From an uncultured archaeon (GTDB lineage Archaea; Thermoproteota; Nitrososphaeria; Nitrososphaerales; Gagatemarchaeaceae): a stretch of 64,000 nucleotides of DNA. The notes beneath the pieces were generated by a model. It had not been told where the DNA came from. It saw only the letters and a list, made by a program, of their open reading frames with translations, and searched no databases. The translations under genes were made by a program, and so were the position numbers. The stretch lies in contig CAWFOU010000007.1 in assembly GCA_963817525.1 (NCBI GenBank), positions 736,001-800,000 of the forward strand, in the 5' to 3' direction. This document shows, piece by piece, positions 8,349-18,104 of the stretch. The first letter of the stretch is position 1. Each line of letters opens with the position of its first letter.

Positions 8349-8804
8349 ATGGTCAAGGTCTACGACGTCCCTGCGGACAAGCTGATCGAGGAGCTCGCCG
8401 GGCACCTGAAGCGGGTCACCGAAATCGAGCCTCCCACGTGGGCGTCGTTCGTCAAGACGGGTTCGCACGCCGACAGGCCGCCGCAGAGGCAGGACTGGTG
8501 GTATGTCAGGGCGGCGTCTCTGATGAGGAAGGTCTACATGCAGGGCCCTGTGGGAATCGAGAAGCTCGAGATAGCCTACGGCGGGAGCAAGCAGCTCGGC
8601 TACTTCCCCAAGCACCACAGGGACGCGGGAAGCTCCGTGATCAGGAACCTCCTAAAGGGCCTGGAGCGGGCGGAGCTCGTCACGAAGCAGGGGACGTCCG
8701 GCAGGGTGCTCACCCCGAAGGGGGTCGCGCTGCTCGACAAGGTCAGCAAAGACATTTTTAAGGAACTCGTGAAGCAGAACCCAGCGCTAGAAAGGTATAG
8801 TTGA
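8349..8804 (+). CDS. rps19e: 30S ribosomal protein S19e
   Basis: PPTWASFVKTGSHADRPP..DWWYVRAASLMRKVY. Confidence 0.97.
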   Translation: MVKVYDVPADKLIEELAGHLKRVTEIEPPTWASFVKTGSHADRPPQRQDWWYVRAASLMRKVYMQGPVGIEKLEIAYGGSKQLGYFPKHHRDAGSSVIRNLLKGLERAELVTKQGTSGRVLTPKGVALLDKVSKDIFKELVKQNPALERYS

Positions 8805-8808
8805 TTTT

Positions 8809-9102
8809 ATGATGGACGAGCAGCACAAGGAGGTTCAGCCGAGGGCGGCGTCCCAGGACGAGGCGTCCAGACGTGCCATGCGCGACAACGTGATGCGCGT
8901 AGCGCTGACCTCGGAGGCTCGTCAGCGCCTGGCAAACATCAGGATGGTAAAGCCAGAGGTGGCGCACGCGATCGAGGAGTACATCATCCAGCTCGTCTCG
9001 TCCGGGAGGCTGAAGAGGACCATCGACGACGACCAGCTCAAGGAGCTCCTGTCGAGCATCCAGGGGACGGGCAAGAGAGAGTTCAAGATCAGGAGGATCT
9101 GA
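8809..9102 (+). CDS. PDCD5/TFAR19 family dsDNA-binding protein
   Basis: LTSEARQRLANIRMVKPE...IDDDQLKELL. Confidence 0.92.
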   Translation: MMDEQHKEVQPRAASQDEASRRAMRDNVMRVALTSEARQRLANIRMVKPEVAHAIEEYIIQLVSSGRLKRTIDDDQLKELLSSIQGTGKREFKIRRI

Positions 9103-9107
9103 GTGGC

Positions 9108-9266
9108 ATGGGTAGAAATAAGGACGCATCCAAGAAGAACCGCCTCATGAAGGCCAGGAAGGACAACGCCTCTGTCCCCTCGTGGGTCATCGCCAGGACC
9201 AACAGGCAGACAAGGACTAACACAAAGCACAGGGCTTGGAGAAAGACCAAGCTCAGGTTCAAGTAG
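9108..9266 (+). CDS. rpl39e: 50S ribosomal protein L39e
   Basis: Manual translation MGRNKDASKKNRLMKARKDNASVPSWVIARTNRQTRTNTKHRAWRKTKLRFK; synteny. Confidence 0.93.
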   Translation: MGRNKDASKKNRLMKARKDNASVPSWVIARTNRQTRTNTKHRAWRKTKLRFK

Positions 9267-9300
9267 GCCTCCGCTACCGAGATAACGAGAGGATAGAAAA

Positions 9301-9585
9301 ATGTCGTCAACAAACGTCGAGCCTCTGACCAGGGTGCACATGGTCCCCCTCAGGCGAGCATTCGAGGCGCCAAGGTACCGGAGGACGAAGGTCGCGATAA
9401 GGGTGATACGCGAGTTCACCGTGCGCCACATGAAGGCCACGGAGGTCAAGATCGACAAGGACGTCAACCTCCTGCTGTGGACTCGGGGAATCGGGAACCC
9501 GCCCCGACGCATCAAGCTCGAGATGGAACGAGACGAGGACGGAGTCGTCTCTGTCCGGCTGCCTCCCACCGAAGAGTCATCCTAA
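9301..9585 (+). CDS. rpl31e: 50S ribosomal protein L31e
   Basis: RVHMVPLR...RRTKVAIRVIREF...WTRGIGNPPRRI. Confidence 0.95.
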   Translation: MSSTNVEPLTRVHMVPLRRAFEAPRYRRTKVAIRVIREFTVRHMKATEVKIDKDVNLLLWTRGIGNPPRRIKLEMERDEDGVVSVRLPPTEESS

Positions 9586-10251
9586 ATGGGTCTTCACCTA
9601 GTCGACCTCTACAGAAGCCCCAACATCGGAATCTTCCTGAAGGCGAACGACAAGGCCATACTGGTGCCCAAGGGGGTAGCGAGCAGCAAGGCTGAGAAGA
9701 TCGGGACCGACCTCGACGTCGAGGTCTGCCAGACGTCGGTGGGGGGGACGCGGTTGCTCGGCCCGCTCATCGCCATGAACAACAAGGGCGTCATCGCCTC
9801 AAGGATGATAGAGGACTACGAGATGGAAGAGATCTCATCCAAGACGGGCCTCAAGGTGGCGAGGCTCGAATCCAGGTTCACCGCGGTGGGGAACCTGGTG
9901 GCCGCCAACGACCACGGGGCGATAGTCTCTCCCGTGCTGGAGCACCACGCGGTGAAGCAGCTCGAGGACACCCTCGGAGTCGAGACGCGCACCATGACCG
10001 TCGGCGAATTCTCCCAGGTGGGGGCCATGATAATCGCAACCAACAGCGGCGCGGCGGTGTCCCCAAGGGCGGGCGAGGAAGAAGCGCTAGAGATCGAGAA
10101 GGTCCTCAAGGTCGAGGCCTCCGCCTCCTCCGTGAACGGCGGGATACCATTCCCGGCCTCGGGGGTGGTCGCAAACTCGAGGAACGCTGTCGCCGGCTTC
10201 CTGACCACCGGGCCTGAGCTGGTCTTCCTCACCCGGGCCCTGAAAGTCTGA
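9586..10251 (+). CDS. eif6: Translation initiation factor 6
   Basis: SPNIGIF..AND, GNLVAANDHGA, SVNGG..SGVVAN, TTGPEL. Confidence 0.95.
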   Translation: MGLHLVDLYRSPNIGIFLKANDKAILVPKGVASSKAEKIGTDLDVEVCQTSVGGTRLLGPLIAMNNKGVIASRMIEDYEMEEISSKTGLKVARLESRFTAVGNLVAANDHGAIVSPVLEHHAVKQLEDTLGVETRTMTVGEFSQVGAMIIATNSGAAVSPRAGEEEALEIEKVLKVEASASSVNGGIPFPASGVVANSRNAVAGFLTTGPELVFLTRALKV

Positions 10252-10298
10252 GCAGGCTACCCACTCTTTAAAAGCCCCAGAGGGCTCGGCCCTTCAGT

Positions 10299-10742
10299 TT
10301 GAGCACCGAAGAAGACAGGATGAACAGGCTCCTCCTACAGTCGAGGATGCTCGAGTCCACGTTCAACGAGCTGTCGAACAGGCAGGGGATGCTCGAGAGG
10401 ATGCTCATCGAGAGCCGCGCCTCGCTCGACACCGTCAGGCAGGCGGGCTCCGCCACCGACGAGGTCCTCATCCCGGTGGGCGCCGGCGTCCTGCTCCGAG
10501 CCTCTCCGCCAAAGGCGGACAAAGTCCTCGTGGGCATAGGCGCCAACGTCGTGGTCGAGAAGACCAAGGAGGAGGCCGAGAAGATCCTGGAGGCGAGGGG
10601 GAAGGAGCTAGAGGAGAACATCATCGCGATTCTCACGCAGAGAAACCAGATCGCGCAGAGGTTGGAGGCTGACAGGAGGACCCTGCAGGCGTTCATCGAC
10701 AGGCAGGAGCAGCAACAACTTCAGCAAGGTCAGCAAGGGTAA
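10299..10742 (+). CDS. pfdA: Prefoldin alpha subunit
   Basis: EVLIPVGAG...KVLVGIGANVVVEK flanked by coiled coils. Confidence 0.93.
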   Translation: MSTEEDRMNRLLLQSRMLESTFNELSNRQGMLERMLIESRASLDTVRQAGSATDEVLIPVGAGVLLRASPPKADKVLVGIGANVVVEKTKEEAEKILEARGKELEENIIAILTQRNQIAQRLEADRRTLQAFIDRQEQQQLQQGQQG

Positions 10743-11647
10743 TGTTTGATAAGCTCAAAGGGGCGTTCTCCTCACTCGCAAAGGCCGTCTCCGAGAAGAA
10801 GCTCTCTGAGAAAGACCTCGACGAGGCTCTCTTCAACTTCCAGCTCGCCCTGATGGAGAGCGATGTCGCCCAGAACGTCGTCGAGGGCATCACCGGCGAC
10901 CTGAAGAAGCAGCTCCTGGGGATGTCCGTGGAGCGCTCCAAGGACGTCGAGGGGTTCGTGAAAGAGAAGCTCAGGGGAGAGGTGCTCTCGATCTTTACCC
11001 AGGCGGGGGACGTCGACGTCCTGGCGAGGGTGAAGGAGAGCAAGTCCAAGGGCGAGCCGTTCAAGATACTCTTCCTCGGGATAAACGGGACCGGGAAGAC
11101 GACCACGGTCGCGAAGTTCGCAAACTACCTGAAAAAGAACGGATTTTCAGTGGTCATAGCCGCGGGGGACACGCACAGGGCGGGGGCAATCGAACAGGTG
11201 TCAGAGCACGCGAGCCGCATCTCGGCGAAGGTGGTCGCGCAGAGGTACGGGGCAGACCCGGCGGCGGTGGCCAGGGACGGGGTCCTCTACGCCAAGGCGC
11301 ACCACGTCGACGCGGTGCTCATCGACTCCGCGGGGAGGATGCAGACCAACCAGAACCTGATGGAGGAGATGGCCAAGATAGTGCGCGTCGTGACGCCCGA
11401 CCTGAAGATATTCATCGGGGACTCGCTCGCGGGCAACGACGCCGTCTCCCAGGCGGAGCTCTTCAGCAAGTACACCGGGTTCGACGGCGCGATACTGACG
11501 AAGGTCGACGCCGACTCGAAGGGAGGCGCCGCCCTGTCGATAGCCTTCACCACGAAGAGGCCCGTCCTCTTCTTAGGCGTGGGGCAGGGCTACGACGACC
11601 TCAAGAGGTTCGAAGCAAAGTCCTTTGCGGAATCGCTCGTGAACTGA
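10742..11647 (+). CDS. ftsY: SRP receptor FtsY
   Basis: GINGTGKTTTVAK, DTHRAGAIEQ, DSAGRM, TKVDADSKGGA. Confidence 0.96.
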   Translation: MFDKLKGAFSSLAKAVSEKKLSEKDLDEALFNFQLALMESDVAQNVVEGITGDLKKQLLGMSVERSKDVEGFVKEKLRGEVLSIFTQAGDVDVLARVKESKSKGEPFKILFLGINGTGKTTTVAKFANYLKKNGFSVVIAAGDTHRAGAIEQVSEHASRISAKVVAQRYGADPAAVARDGVLYAKAHHVDAVLIDSAGRMQTNQNLMEEMAKIVRVVTPDLKIFIGDSLAGNDAVSQAELFSKYTGFDGAILTKVDADSKGGAALSIAFTTKRPVLFLGVGQGYDDLKRFEAKSFAESLVN

Positions 11648-11663
11648 CCCGCGCGAAAGCCGA

Positions 11664-11978
11664 CTAGAATTCCGCGAAGAGGTACTTGTTCAGGTTGACC
11701 TTGCCTGCAGAGACCTGGACCCCCTCGCGCGAGAGAAGCTTCGCCTTGGTGGTCGGTCCCTGGCCCCCGGAATATCCGCCTAGGACCCCGTCCGCGCGCA
11801 CGACCCGGTGGCACGGCACGACCACGGGGTTCGGGTTCGCTCCCAGCGCTTGGCCCACAGCCCTAGCAGCTCCGGGGAAGCCCATCGCCTTCGCTATCGC
11901 ACCGTAGGTGGTGACCTTTCCCATCGGAATCATAGACGTCATCGCGTAGACAGAATCGCTGAAGCTCTTTGTTCTCAT
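11664..11978 (-). CDS. ogt: Methylated-DNA-protein-cysteine methyltransferase (MGMT C-terminal domain)
   Basis: IPMGKVTTYG..ARAVG..NP..VPCHRVV; ATG 11978 overlaps the dtdA stop. Confidence 0.9.
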   Translation of the reverse strand: MRTKSFSDSVYAMTSMIPMGKVTTYGAIAKAMGFPGAARAVGQALGANPNPVVVPCHRVVRADGVLGGYSGGQGPTTKAKLLSREGVQVSAGKVNLNKYLFAEF

Positions 11979-12808
11979 ACCCTGATTACCTCGAGGGCGA
12001 ATTGTTTGGCGAGCAATATTACCTTTTCCCTGTGGGGCCCGGCACCCTTCCAGTCCACCATCACGGCCCGGGGGAACTTGGACGTCCTCTGGATGAGCTG
12101 CCCGAACATCTCGCTGTCTATCCACTCGAGGTAGTGCTTGGCGACCACCGCGGAGAGCGCGTACTCGCCCTCGAGCAGCTGATTGTTGAACTTCTGGGGA
12201 TAGTGGGTCCCGCCGAACGCCAGCGCGACCTTGTCCCACTTCTTCCCGGACGCGAGGGACGCCATCAGGGCGTCCGCGATCACCTCGGCGGCGTGCACGT
12301 CCCCCCACTGCTTCTCCGTGGAGCCCAGCTCGACGAAGAGGACGGGCCTCCGGAGCGACGTGGGGCCGTGGTGGGTCGCCTCGATGGTTATCTCGTAGCC
12401 CTCGAGCTGGGACCTCCTGTCGTTGAGCGCGATGAGATAGTTCTTCTGCAAGTCGGGGTCGATCGCCCCCACCTCCCTGGGCCTCGCCCCCAAGACCTCC
12501 TTGTCGGTGAAGTTGCCCGTGGTGTGGACGGTGAGCGAAGGTATCCCCGACTCCGCCCTGTGAGTGGAGAGGAAGATGTAGGCCTGGGGCCTGAAGTACG
12601 CGTCGAGGTCGGGCGGCTCGATTATCTCGTTGTCCATGGTGGCGAGGATTACCGAGCCGTTCTGGAAGAGGTCTCTCGACCCGAACGTAATCCCAGTGGA
12701 CTCGAACCCGTGCCTCCTCGTCAGCGCTGAGGCGATGGTCATCGAGGCGAGGTTCCTTGAGGAGGCCACAAGCACGAAAGTGGGGCTGGCCGGCGGCTGG
12801 GGCATCAT
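11975..12808 (-). CDS. dtdA: D-aminoacyl-tRNA deacylase (archaeal DtdA)
   Basis: FLSTHRA, LTVHTTGN, EATHHGPT, FVELGS, GGTHY. Confidence 0.93.
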   Translation of the reverse strand: MMPQPPASPTFVLVASSRNLASMTIASALTRRHGFESTGITFGSRDLFQNGSVILATMDNEIIEPPDLDAYFRPQAYIFLSTHRAESGIPSLTVHTTGNFTDKEVLGARPREVGAIDPDLQKNYLIALNDRRSQLEGYEITIEATHHGPTSLRRPVLFVELGSTEKQWGDVHAAEVIADALMASLASGKKWDKVALAFGGTHYPQKFNNQLLEGEYALSAVVAKHYLEWIDSEMFGQLIQRTSKFPRAVMVDWKGAGPHREKVILLAKQFALEVIRV

Positions 12809-12940
12809 CTGTCGTCGCTCCGTCGGCGACAGGGCGGCCGGAAAAAGGTTGGCCGGAAGCTGTGCAGGGCGGGGCGGCCGCCAAGACGACCAACAAGCCA
12901 TATAAACACGTCCGGGCACGTCGGGCACAAGTAGACCGAA

Positions 12941-13117
12941 TTGGCTTGGCGTGACTTCCTCAGGTCCATGGGCTCAGTGATCAAGATGTCGAGGAAGAGC
13001 GACATGGATGAGTTCTTCCTTTACCTCAAGCTAGTCCTTCTGGGCCTGGGAGTGGTAGGAGTGATAGGCTTCCTGGTGAAGTTGATTTCCACCGCCCTGC
13101 CGCACATCTTCGGCTGA
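12941..13117 (+). CDS. secE: Protein translocase subunit SecE/Sec61-gamma
   Basis: Manual translation MAWRDFLRSMGSVIKMSRKSDMDEFFLYLKLVLLGLGVVGVIGFLVKLI...; directly upstream of spt5. Confidence 0.88.
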   Translation: MAWRDFLRSMGSVIKMSRKSDMDEFFLYLKLVLLGLGVVGVIGFLVKLISTALPHIFG

Positions 13118-13139
13118 GAAAAGAGATTTGGAGATTACA

Positions 13140-13634
13140 ATGTCATCGACAACAGAGCAGAAACAGACGTCAATCTACCCGGTCAAGACGACCGGAGGGC
13201 AGGAGAGGACCGTGGCAACATTCGTCGCCGAGAGAGCGAAGCAGAAGGGCAAGCCCATCTACTCCATACTCGCCCTCGACACGTGGAAGGGATACGTCCT
13301 GTTCGAGGCTCCCAACTCCCAGGTGGTAGACGAGAGCATCCAGGGGTTCAAGCACATCAGGAGCAAGATCCCCGGGATGATGCAGTTCTCCGACATCGAG
13401 AAGTTCCTCGTGACCAAGTCGATGGTCGCGGAGCTCGGGGAGGGCGACACCGTCGAGATCGTGGCCGGGCCGTTCAAGGGCATGAGGGCCAGGATCACCA
13501 GGATCGAGCAGGCGAAGCAGGAGATCACCGTGGTCCTTGTCGACACCCCCTACCAGATGCCCATCACGCTGAATGCCGGCTACACCAAAATCGTAGAGAA
13601 GGCAAAGCAGCAGCCGCAGGCAGAGAAGCCCTGA
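13140..13634 (+). CDS. spt5: Transcription elongation factor Spt5/NusG
   Basis: VKTTGGQE, KGYVLFEA, KOW motif GDTVEIVAGPFKG. Confidence 0.96.
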   Translation: MSSTTEQKQTSIYPVKTTGGQERTVATFVAERAKQKGKPIYSILALDTWKGYVLFEAPNSQVVDESIQGFKHIRSKIPGMMQFSDIEKFLVTKSMVAELGEGDTVEIVAGPFKGMRARITRIEQAKQEITVVLVDTPYQMPITLNAGYTKIVEKAKQQPQAEKP

Positions 13635-14731
13635 CCACTCAAGCAAAGGTCGCAGCCGTCGGTCTTCTAGTCCTCGCCCTACTGGTTTCGTCGAACGCCG
13701 TCGCCCTGACCTTCCCGAACCCGCCTGACACGTCGGCGCCCGCTAACACCCAGACCGGAGCCCTGCCTTCTAGCGCCCAGTCGTTCCCCGGCGGCGTCCT
13801 CCTGGCGAAGAACGGGAGCGCCGACCAGAACGTCACCGCGTACGAATTCGTCGCCGAGTTCTTCTGCTTCGACCACAACAACACGTTGGTCTGGAAGCAA
13901 TTCGAGACCGGAATCGGCGAGAGCGTCAGCGGCTCCCTCTCGGCCGCCCAGGCTTCAGGCATCACCGACGCACTGAACTCTGTCAAGCCTCCCAAGACAG
14001 TGTCTCTCAGCGTCAACGTGGGGGAGGTTGACGCCGGGGGCAACCTCACGTACGTGATGCACGCGATGATCTACAACGTGACCACGTACTCGGTATGGAT
14101 AGCGACCCAACAGTCTCCCCCGGTCGAGCAGAGGGTGGGGTACATCACTGTGAGCGTCCCGGTGCAACCTGTGGTGACCAGGCTTTCCCAGGACCTTGCC
14201 GGAAGCTCCTGCAACACCTATGCCTTGCTCAAGTATGGCGCCGGGTTCCAGAGCACGAGCACGGAGTTCTACCAGAGCTCGAACCCCCTCCCATTTGCCA
14301 ACAGCCCGCTCAGCTGGATCGCGGCCCCTCCCGAGGGCGGGTTCTCGCCGATCCTGAGCTACGGCACCGTGAAAGTCCTCTCGGGCGCCTCCGTGGAGGG
14401 GGCGGCCACCATCAAGCCTGGAGAGAACGTGACGTTTGTCCTCCCGCCAGGCAAATACACGGCGGTGGCGGACGTGGCGCTCTTCGGCATCCCGTTCGCC
14501 GCGACCCTCGCGACGTACTCGTCCCCTGTGGGGGCATCGAACGAGCAGTTCACGGTCTCCCTGAACAACATGTACGGCCTCTGGTACGGCATCGAGCTAG
14601 CGATCCTGATCATCGTCGTGGCCGCGCTCTTGATACTCAACCACAGGTTCCACTGGTGGAGGGCCCTGGTCCACGCCTCCAAGTACTCCGGCCGCGGGCT
14701 TCGCTCAACCTGGCGCAGGTTCTGGGACTAG
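13631..14731 (+). CDS. Secreted/cell-surface protein with C-terminal TM anchor, paralog 1 (probable CTG start)
   Basis: Signal peptide TTQAKVAAVGLLVLALLVSSNAVA begins at a CTG overlapping the spt5 TGA; C-terminal TM plus basic tail ...WRRFWD. Confidence 0.75.
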   Translation: MTTQAKVAAVGLLVLALLVSSNAVALTFPNPPDTSAPANTQTGALPSSAQSFPGGVLLAKNGSADQNVTAYEFVAEFFCFDHNNTLVWKQFETGIGESVSGSLSAAQASGITDALNSVKPPKTVSLSVNVGEVDAGGNLTYVMHAMIYNVTTYSVWIATQQSPPVEQRVGYITVSVPVQPVVTRLSQDLAGSSCNTYALLKYGAGFQSTSTEFYQSSNPLPFANSPLSWIAAPPEGGFSPILSYGTVKVLSGASVEGAATIKPGENVTFVLPPGKYTAVADVALFGIPFAATLATYSSPVGASNEQFTVSLNNMYGLWYGIELAILIIVVAALLILNHRFHWWRALVHASKYSGRGLRSTWRRFWD

Positions 14732-14761
14732 CGGACCCCGTCGGACTCGAACCCAACCCGA

Positions 14762-14872
14762 GGGATAGCGATGGTCCTGGTCGAAACGCCTAACGAGAAG
14801 CCAGCTCTTAGTGCAGGCAACACGAAGATTCTAGAGAAGGCGAAGCAGTAGCCGTAGGCGAAAGAGCCCTGA
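14762..14872 (+). pseudogene. Degenerate duplicate of the spt5 3' end
   Basis: IAMVLVETPNEKPALSAGNTKILEKAKQ*P*AKEP* aligns with spt5 ITVVLVDTPYQMPITLNAGYTKIVEKAKQQPQAEKP* (13521-13634). Confidence 0.85.
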
Positions 14873-15933
14873 GCACACACGCCAAGGTTGCTACCATCGG
14901 TCTCCTTCTCCTCCTGCTACTTTCTTCCTCGGCCTCGGCAGCGGTCATTCCGCCGAACCCGCCCAACAGGGGCGCGCCCGCGAACAACCAGAGCGGACCG
15001 CTGCCGACGGCGCAGCCGTTCACTGGCGGAGTCTTCCTCGTGAAGGACGGGAGCACCGACCAGAACGTGAGCGCGAACGAGCTCATCGTGGAGTACTACT
15101 GCATACCCCACCCTGCCTATATCTCAAAACAGTTCGAGACCGGGATAAGGGAGAGCATCAGCGGCCCCCTCTCGACCGCCCAGGCCTCCGGGGTCATAGA
15201 CGCCGAGAACTCCGTCAGGCCGCCCAGGCTGGTGAGCCTCGCCGTAACTGTGGGTGGATTGGATCTGGCGGGGAACATCACCTACGTGATGACCGGGATG
15301 ACCTACAACGTGACCACTTACTCGGTCTGGGTCACGGTCCAGCAGTCTCCTCCGGCCGAGCAGAGGGTGGGCTACATCGTCGTGAGCGTCCCGGAACGAC
15401 CGACGGTCAACGAGACCTCGATTGACCTTTCCGGATCCTCCTGCTCTAACTTTGCCATGTCGAAGTCCGGGCCCGCGTGGACGAGCCCCGCGTTATCGCT
15501 TAGCAACCCGCTCAAGCTATTCTCCACTCCTCCGCAAGGCGGGTTCGCGCCGTTCCTGAGCTACGGCACCGTGAAGGTCAGATCTAGCGCCGGCGTCGCC
15601 GGGGCGGCTAGCATCACGCCGCGCGAGAACGTGACGTTCGTCCTCCCGCCGGGCAAATACACCGCGGTGGCGGACGTGGCGCTCTTCGGCATCCCGTTCG
15701 CCGCGACCCTCGAGACGTATACGTCCCCTGCGGGCGCGACGACCGCGCAGTTCACGGTCTCGCTGAACAACATGTACGGCCTGTGGTATGGTTTCGAGCT
15801 CCTGGTCCTAATCATCGTCGTGGGCGTACTCTTGGTCCTCGACAACAAGCTGCATCTGTTGCGGGCCCTGGTCCACGCCTCCAAATACTCCGGCCGCGGC
15901 CTCCGCTCCGTGTGGCGCAGGTTCTGGGACTAG
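14869..15933 (+). CDS. Secreted/cell-surface protein with C-terminal TM anchor, paralog 2 (probable CTG start)
   Basis: Clear paralog of 13631-14731 (KQFETGI, YNVTTYSVW, ENVTFVLPPGKYTAVADVALFGIPF, WRRFWD); signal peptide begins at the equivalent CTG. Confidence 0.75.
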   Translation: MSTHAKVATIGLLLLLLLSSSASAAVIPPNPPNRGAPANNQSGPLPTAQPFTGGVFLVKDGSTDQNVSANELIVEYYCIPHPAYISKQFETGIRESISGPLSTAQASGVIDAENSVRPPRLVSLAVTVGGLDLAGNITYVMTGMTYNVTTYSVWVTVQQSPPAEQRVGYIVVSVPERPTVNETSIDLSGSSCSNFAMSKSGPAWTSPALSLSNPLKLFSTPPQGGFAPFLSYGTVKVRSSAGVAGAASITPRENVTFVLPPGKYTAVADVALFGIPFAATLETYTSPAGATTAQFTVSLNNMYGLWYGFELLVLIIVVGVLLVLDNKLHLLRALVHASKYSGRGLRSVWRRFWD

Positions 15934-15986
15934 CGGAAACCCTTTAATCGGGTCTCGCGTCGGGCGGTCAGAACAAGGTCCCGAAG

Positions 15987-16484
15987 ATGGCTGAAAAGAA
16001 GATTGTCTCGGTTCTCGTGATGGGCGGAGAGGCCAGCGCAGGAGCGCCGCTTGGCCCCCAGCTCGGCCCGCTCGGCGTGAACGTCCTGGGAATCGTCAAC
16101 GAGATCAACAAGGTGACCAGCGACTTCAAGGGGATGAGGGTCCCCGTGAAGATAGAGGTCGACCCGGAGACCAAGGCGTTCGCCGTCTCGGTGGGGACCC
16201 CGACGACGTCAGCGCTCGTGGTCAAGGAGGCGGGCGTCCCGAAGGGCTCGGGGAAGCCCAACACCGACCTCGTGGGCAACGTCAGCTTCGACAAGGTGCT
16301 CAACATAGCCAAGATCAAGATGGGTGACTCCTACGCAAAGTCGATCAAGTCCGCGGTGAAGGAGGTCGTCGGCAGCTGCGTGAGCATGGGGATCAAGGTC
16401 GAGAACACCGACCCCCGCCAGTTCATGAAGGAGATTGAGAGCGGCAAGTGGGACTCTCCGATCTCCGCCTTCGAGTCCAAGTAG
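15987..16484 (+). CDS. rpl11: 50S ribosomal protein L11
   Basis: GGEASAGAPLGPQLGPLGVN...VGSCVSMGI. Confidence 0.97.
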   Translation: MAEKKIVSVLVMGGEASAGAPLGPQLGPLGVNVLGIVNEINKVTSDFKGMRVPVKIEVDPETKAFAVSVGTPTTSALVVKEAGVPKGSGKPNTDLVGNVSFDKVLNIAKIKMGDSYAKSIKSAVKEVVGSCVSMGIKVENTDPRQFMKEIESGKWDSPISAFESK

Positions 16485-16575
16485 GCCGGGACGCCAGGCC
16501 CGAGTTAAGCCCTCCGAACCCGAAACTCTTTTAAGAACAATCTGGAGGCTCGTCTCGATTCCGGGGATAGCGGTT

Positions 16576-17229
16576 TTGCTTTCAAACGTCCAGATTGCTG
16601 AATTGGTCAAGAAGGGAAAGGACTCGAAGGAGAGGAAGTTCCCCGAGTCAGTGGAGGCCTTCCTGACCTTCAGGGACGTCGACCCGAAGAAGACCGACTT
16701 GAACATCAACGAGATGGTATACCTCCCGCACCCAGGGTCGCACCGTGCCTCGGTCTGCTTCGTGGGCTCCGGCGACCTGCTCCTGAGAGCCAAGAACGCC
16801 AAGGTGGACGGGGCAATCGAGCCCGCGCAGCTCGAGAGCTACGCCGGAAACAAGAAGGAGGCGAAGGGCCTCGCGAGGCAGTACGATTTCTTCCTGGCGG
16901 ACACCGCCCTCATGCCGAGGATCGGCAGGATTCTGGGCCAGTACCTGGGCCCGAGGGGGAAGATCCCCACGGCGGTCCCGCCCAATGCCCAGATCGAGGC
17001 CATGATCACCAGGACCAGGGGAGCCATCCGGGTCAGGAGCAGGGGCTCCCTCGGGGTGAGCGGGAGGGTCGGCGACAAGAAGCTCACCGACACCCAGATT
17101 GCCGATAACATCGTAGCAATGATCCAAGCCGTCCAGAAGAAGCTCCCCAACGGCGACAAGAACATCAGGACTGTGGCTGTGAAGACGAGCATGGGGAAGC
17201 TCACGAAGGCAAAGGTCGAAGAGAGTTGA
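16576..17229 (+). CDS. rpl1: 50S ribosomal protein L1
   Basis: RKFPESVE, LMPRIGRILGQYLGPRGKIP, KTSMGK; TTG start at 16576. Confidence 0.95.
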   Translation: MLSNVQIAELVKKGKDSKERKFPESVEAFLTFRDVDPKKTDLNINEMVYLPHPGSHRASVCFVGSGDLLLRAKNAKVDGAIEPAQLESYAGNKKEAKGLARQYDFFLADTALMPRIGRILGQYLGPRGKIPTAVPPNAQIEAMITRTRGAIRVRSRGSLGVSGRVGDKKLTDTQIADNIVAMIQAVQKKLPNGDKNIRTVAVKTSMGKLTKAKVEES

Positions 17230-18104
17230 GCAAGCAGGTCCAGGTCCACAAGCGGGAGCCTAGCGCCGAAAAGGTCGCTATGGTGGAGCGGATCGCAAAG
17301 CTGGCGAAGCAATACCCAGTCCTGGCCGTCACCAGGCTCTCGAAGGTGAGGTCCGCCCAGCTCATGGCCGTGAGGAAGGTCCTGAGGGGCAACGCCGAGA
17401 TCATAGTCGTCAAGAACCAGCTCGCCGTGCTCGGGCTCAAGCGCGCCGGGCTCAAGAACGCGGACGAGCTCCTGAAGAACCTCTACGGGCAGAATGCGCT
17501 GATATTCTCCAAGCAGGACCCGTTCAAGCTCTTCCTGCTCCTCGAGAAGAACAGGGTCAACCTCGCCGCGAGGGCCGGGGATATCGCTCCCTCCAACATA
17601 GTCGTCCCCGCCGGGAACACGGGGCAGCAGGCAGGCCCGGTCCTGAGCGAGTTCAGGGAGGCGGGCATCAAGACCAAGATCGAGGCGGGCAGCGTCCAGG
17701 TCGTAGAGGACTCCATCGTCGCCAAGCCGGGCGCCGTGATATCCCCCAAGCTGGCGAGCCTCCTCTCGAGGCTCGGGATCAAGCCCATCCGCGCAGGGCT
17801 CGCGATAGCTCTCGCGTACGAGAACGGCCTGATCTACGGCGCGGAGGCTGTCGCGATAGACCTTGACAAGTACCGGGCCAGCCTGCTCGAGGGATTCGGC
17901 TCGGCCAAGGGCCTCTCGATCTACATAGGCTATGTCACCAAGGAGACGGCTCCCGAGATAATCGCAAAGGCCTACCGCGAGGCGCTGGCCTTGGCAGTGG
18001 AAGCGGGAGAGGTGACCCCGGAGAGCGCCCCGGTGATACTGGGCAAGGCGGAGGCAGAGGCCAACGCCGTGCTCACCAAGGCCAAAGAGAAAGGCTACCA
18101 GTAG
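17226..18104 (+). CDS. rpl10: 50S ribosomal protein L10 (P0)
   Basis: ARAGDIAPSNIVVPAGNTG, LLSRLGIKPI. Confidence 0.95.
   Translation: MSKQVQVHKREPSAEKVAMVERIAKLAKQYPVLAVTRLSKVRSAQLMAVRKVLRGNAEIIVVKNQLAVLGLKRAGLKNADELLKNLYGQNALIFSKQDPFKLFLLLEKNRVNLAARAGDIAPSNIVVPAGNTGQQAGPVLSEFREAGIKTKIEAGSVQVVEDSIVAKPGAVISPKLASLLSRLGIKPIRAGLAIALAYENGLIYGAEAVAIDLDKYRASLLEGFGSAKGLSIYIGYVTKETAPEIIAKAYREALALAVEAGEVTPESAPVILGKAEAEANAVLTKAKEKGYQ

Noticed and set aside
11664-12896. 410-aa ORF suggesting a fused MGMT
   Set aside because: Only the last 104 aa are MGMT; the rest is an off-frame overlap with dtdA.
14731-14760. Possible tRNA gene
   Set aside because: Only a T-loop/acceptor-like fragment; no D or anticodon arm.
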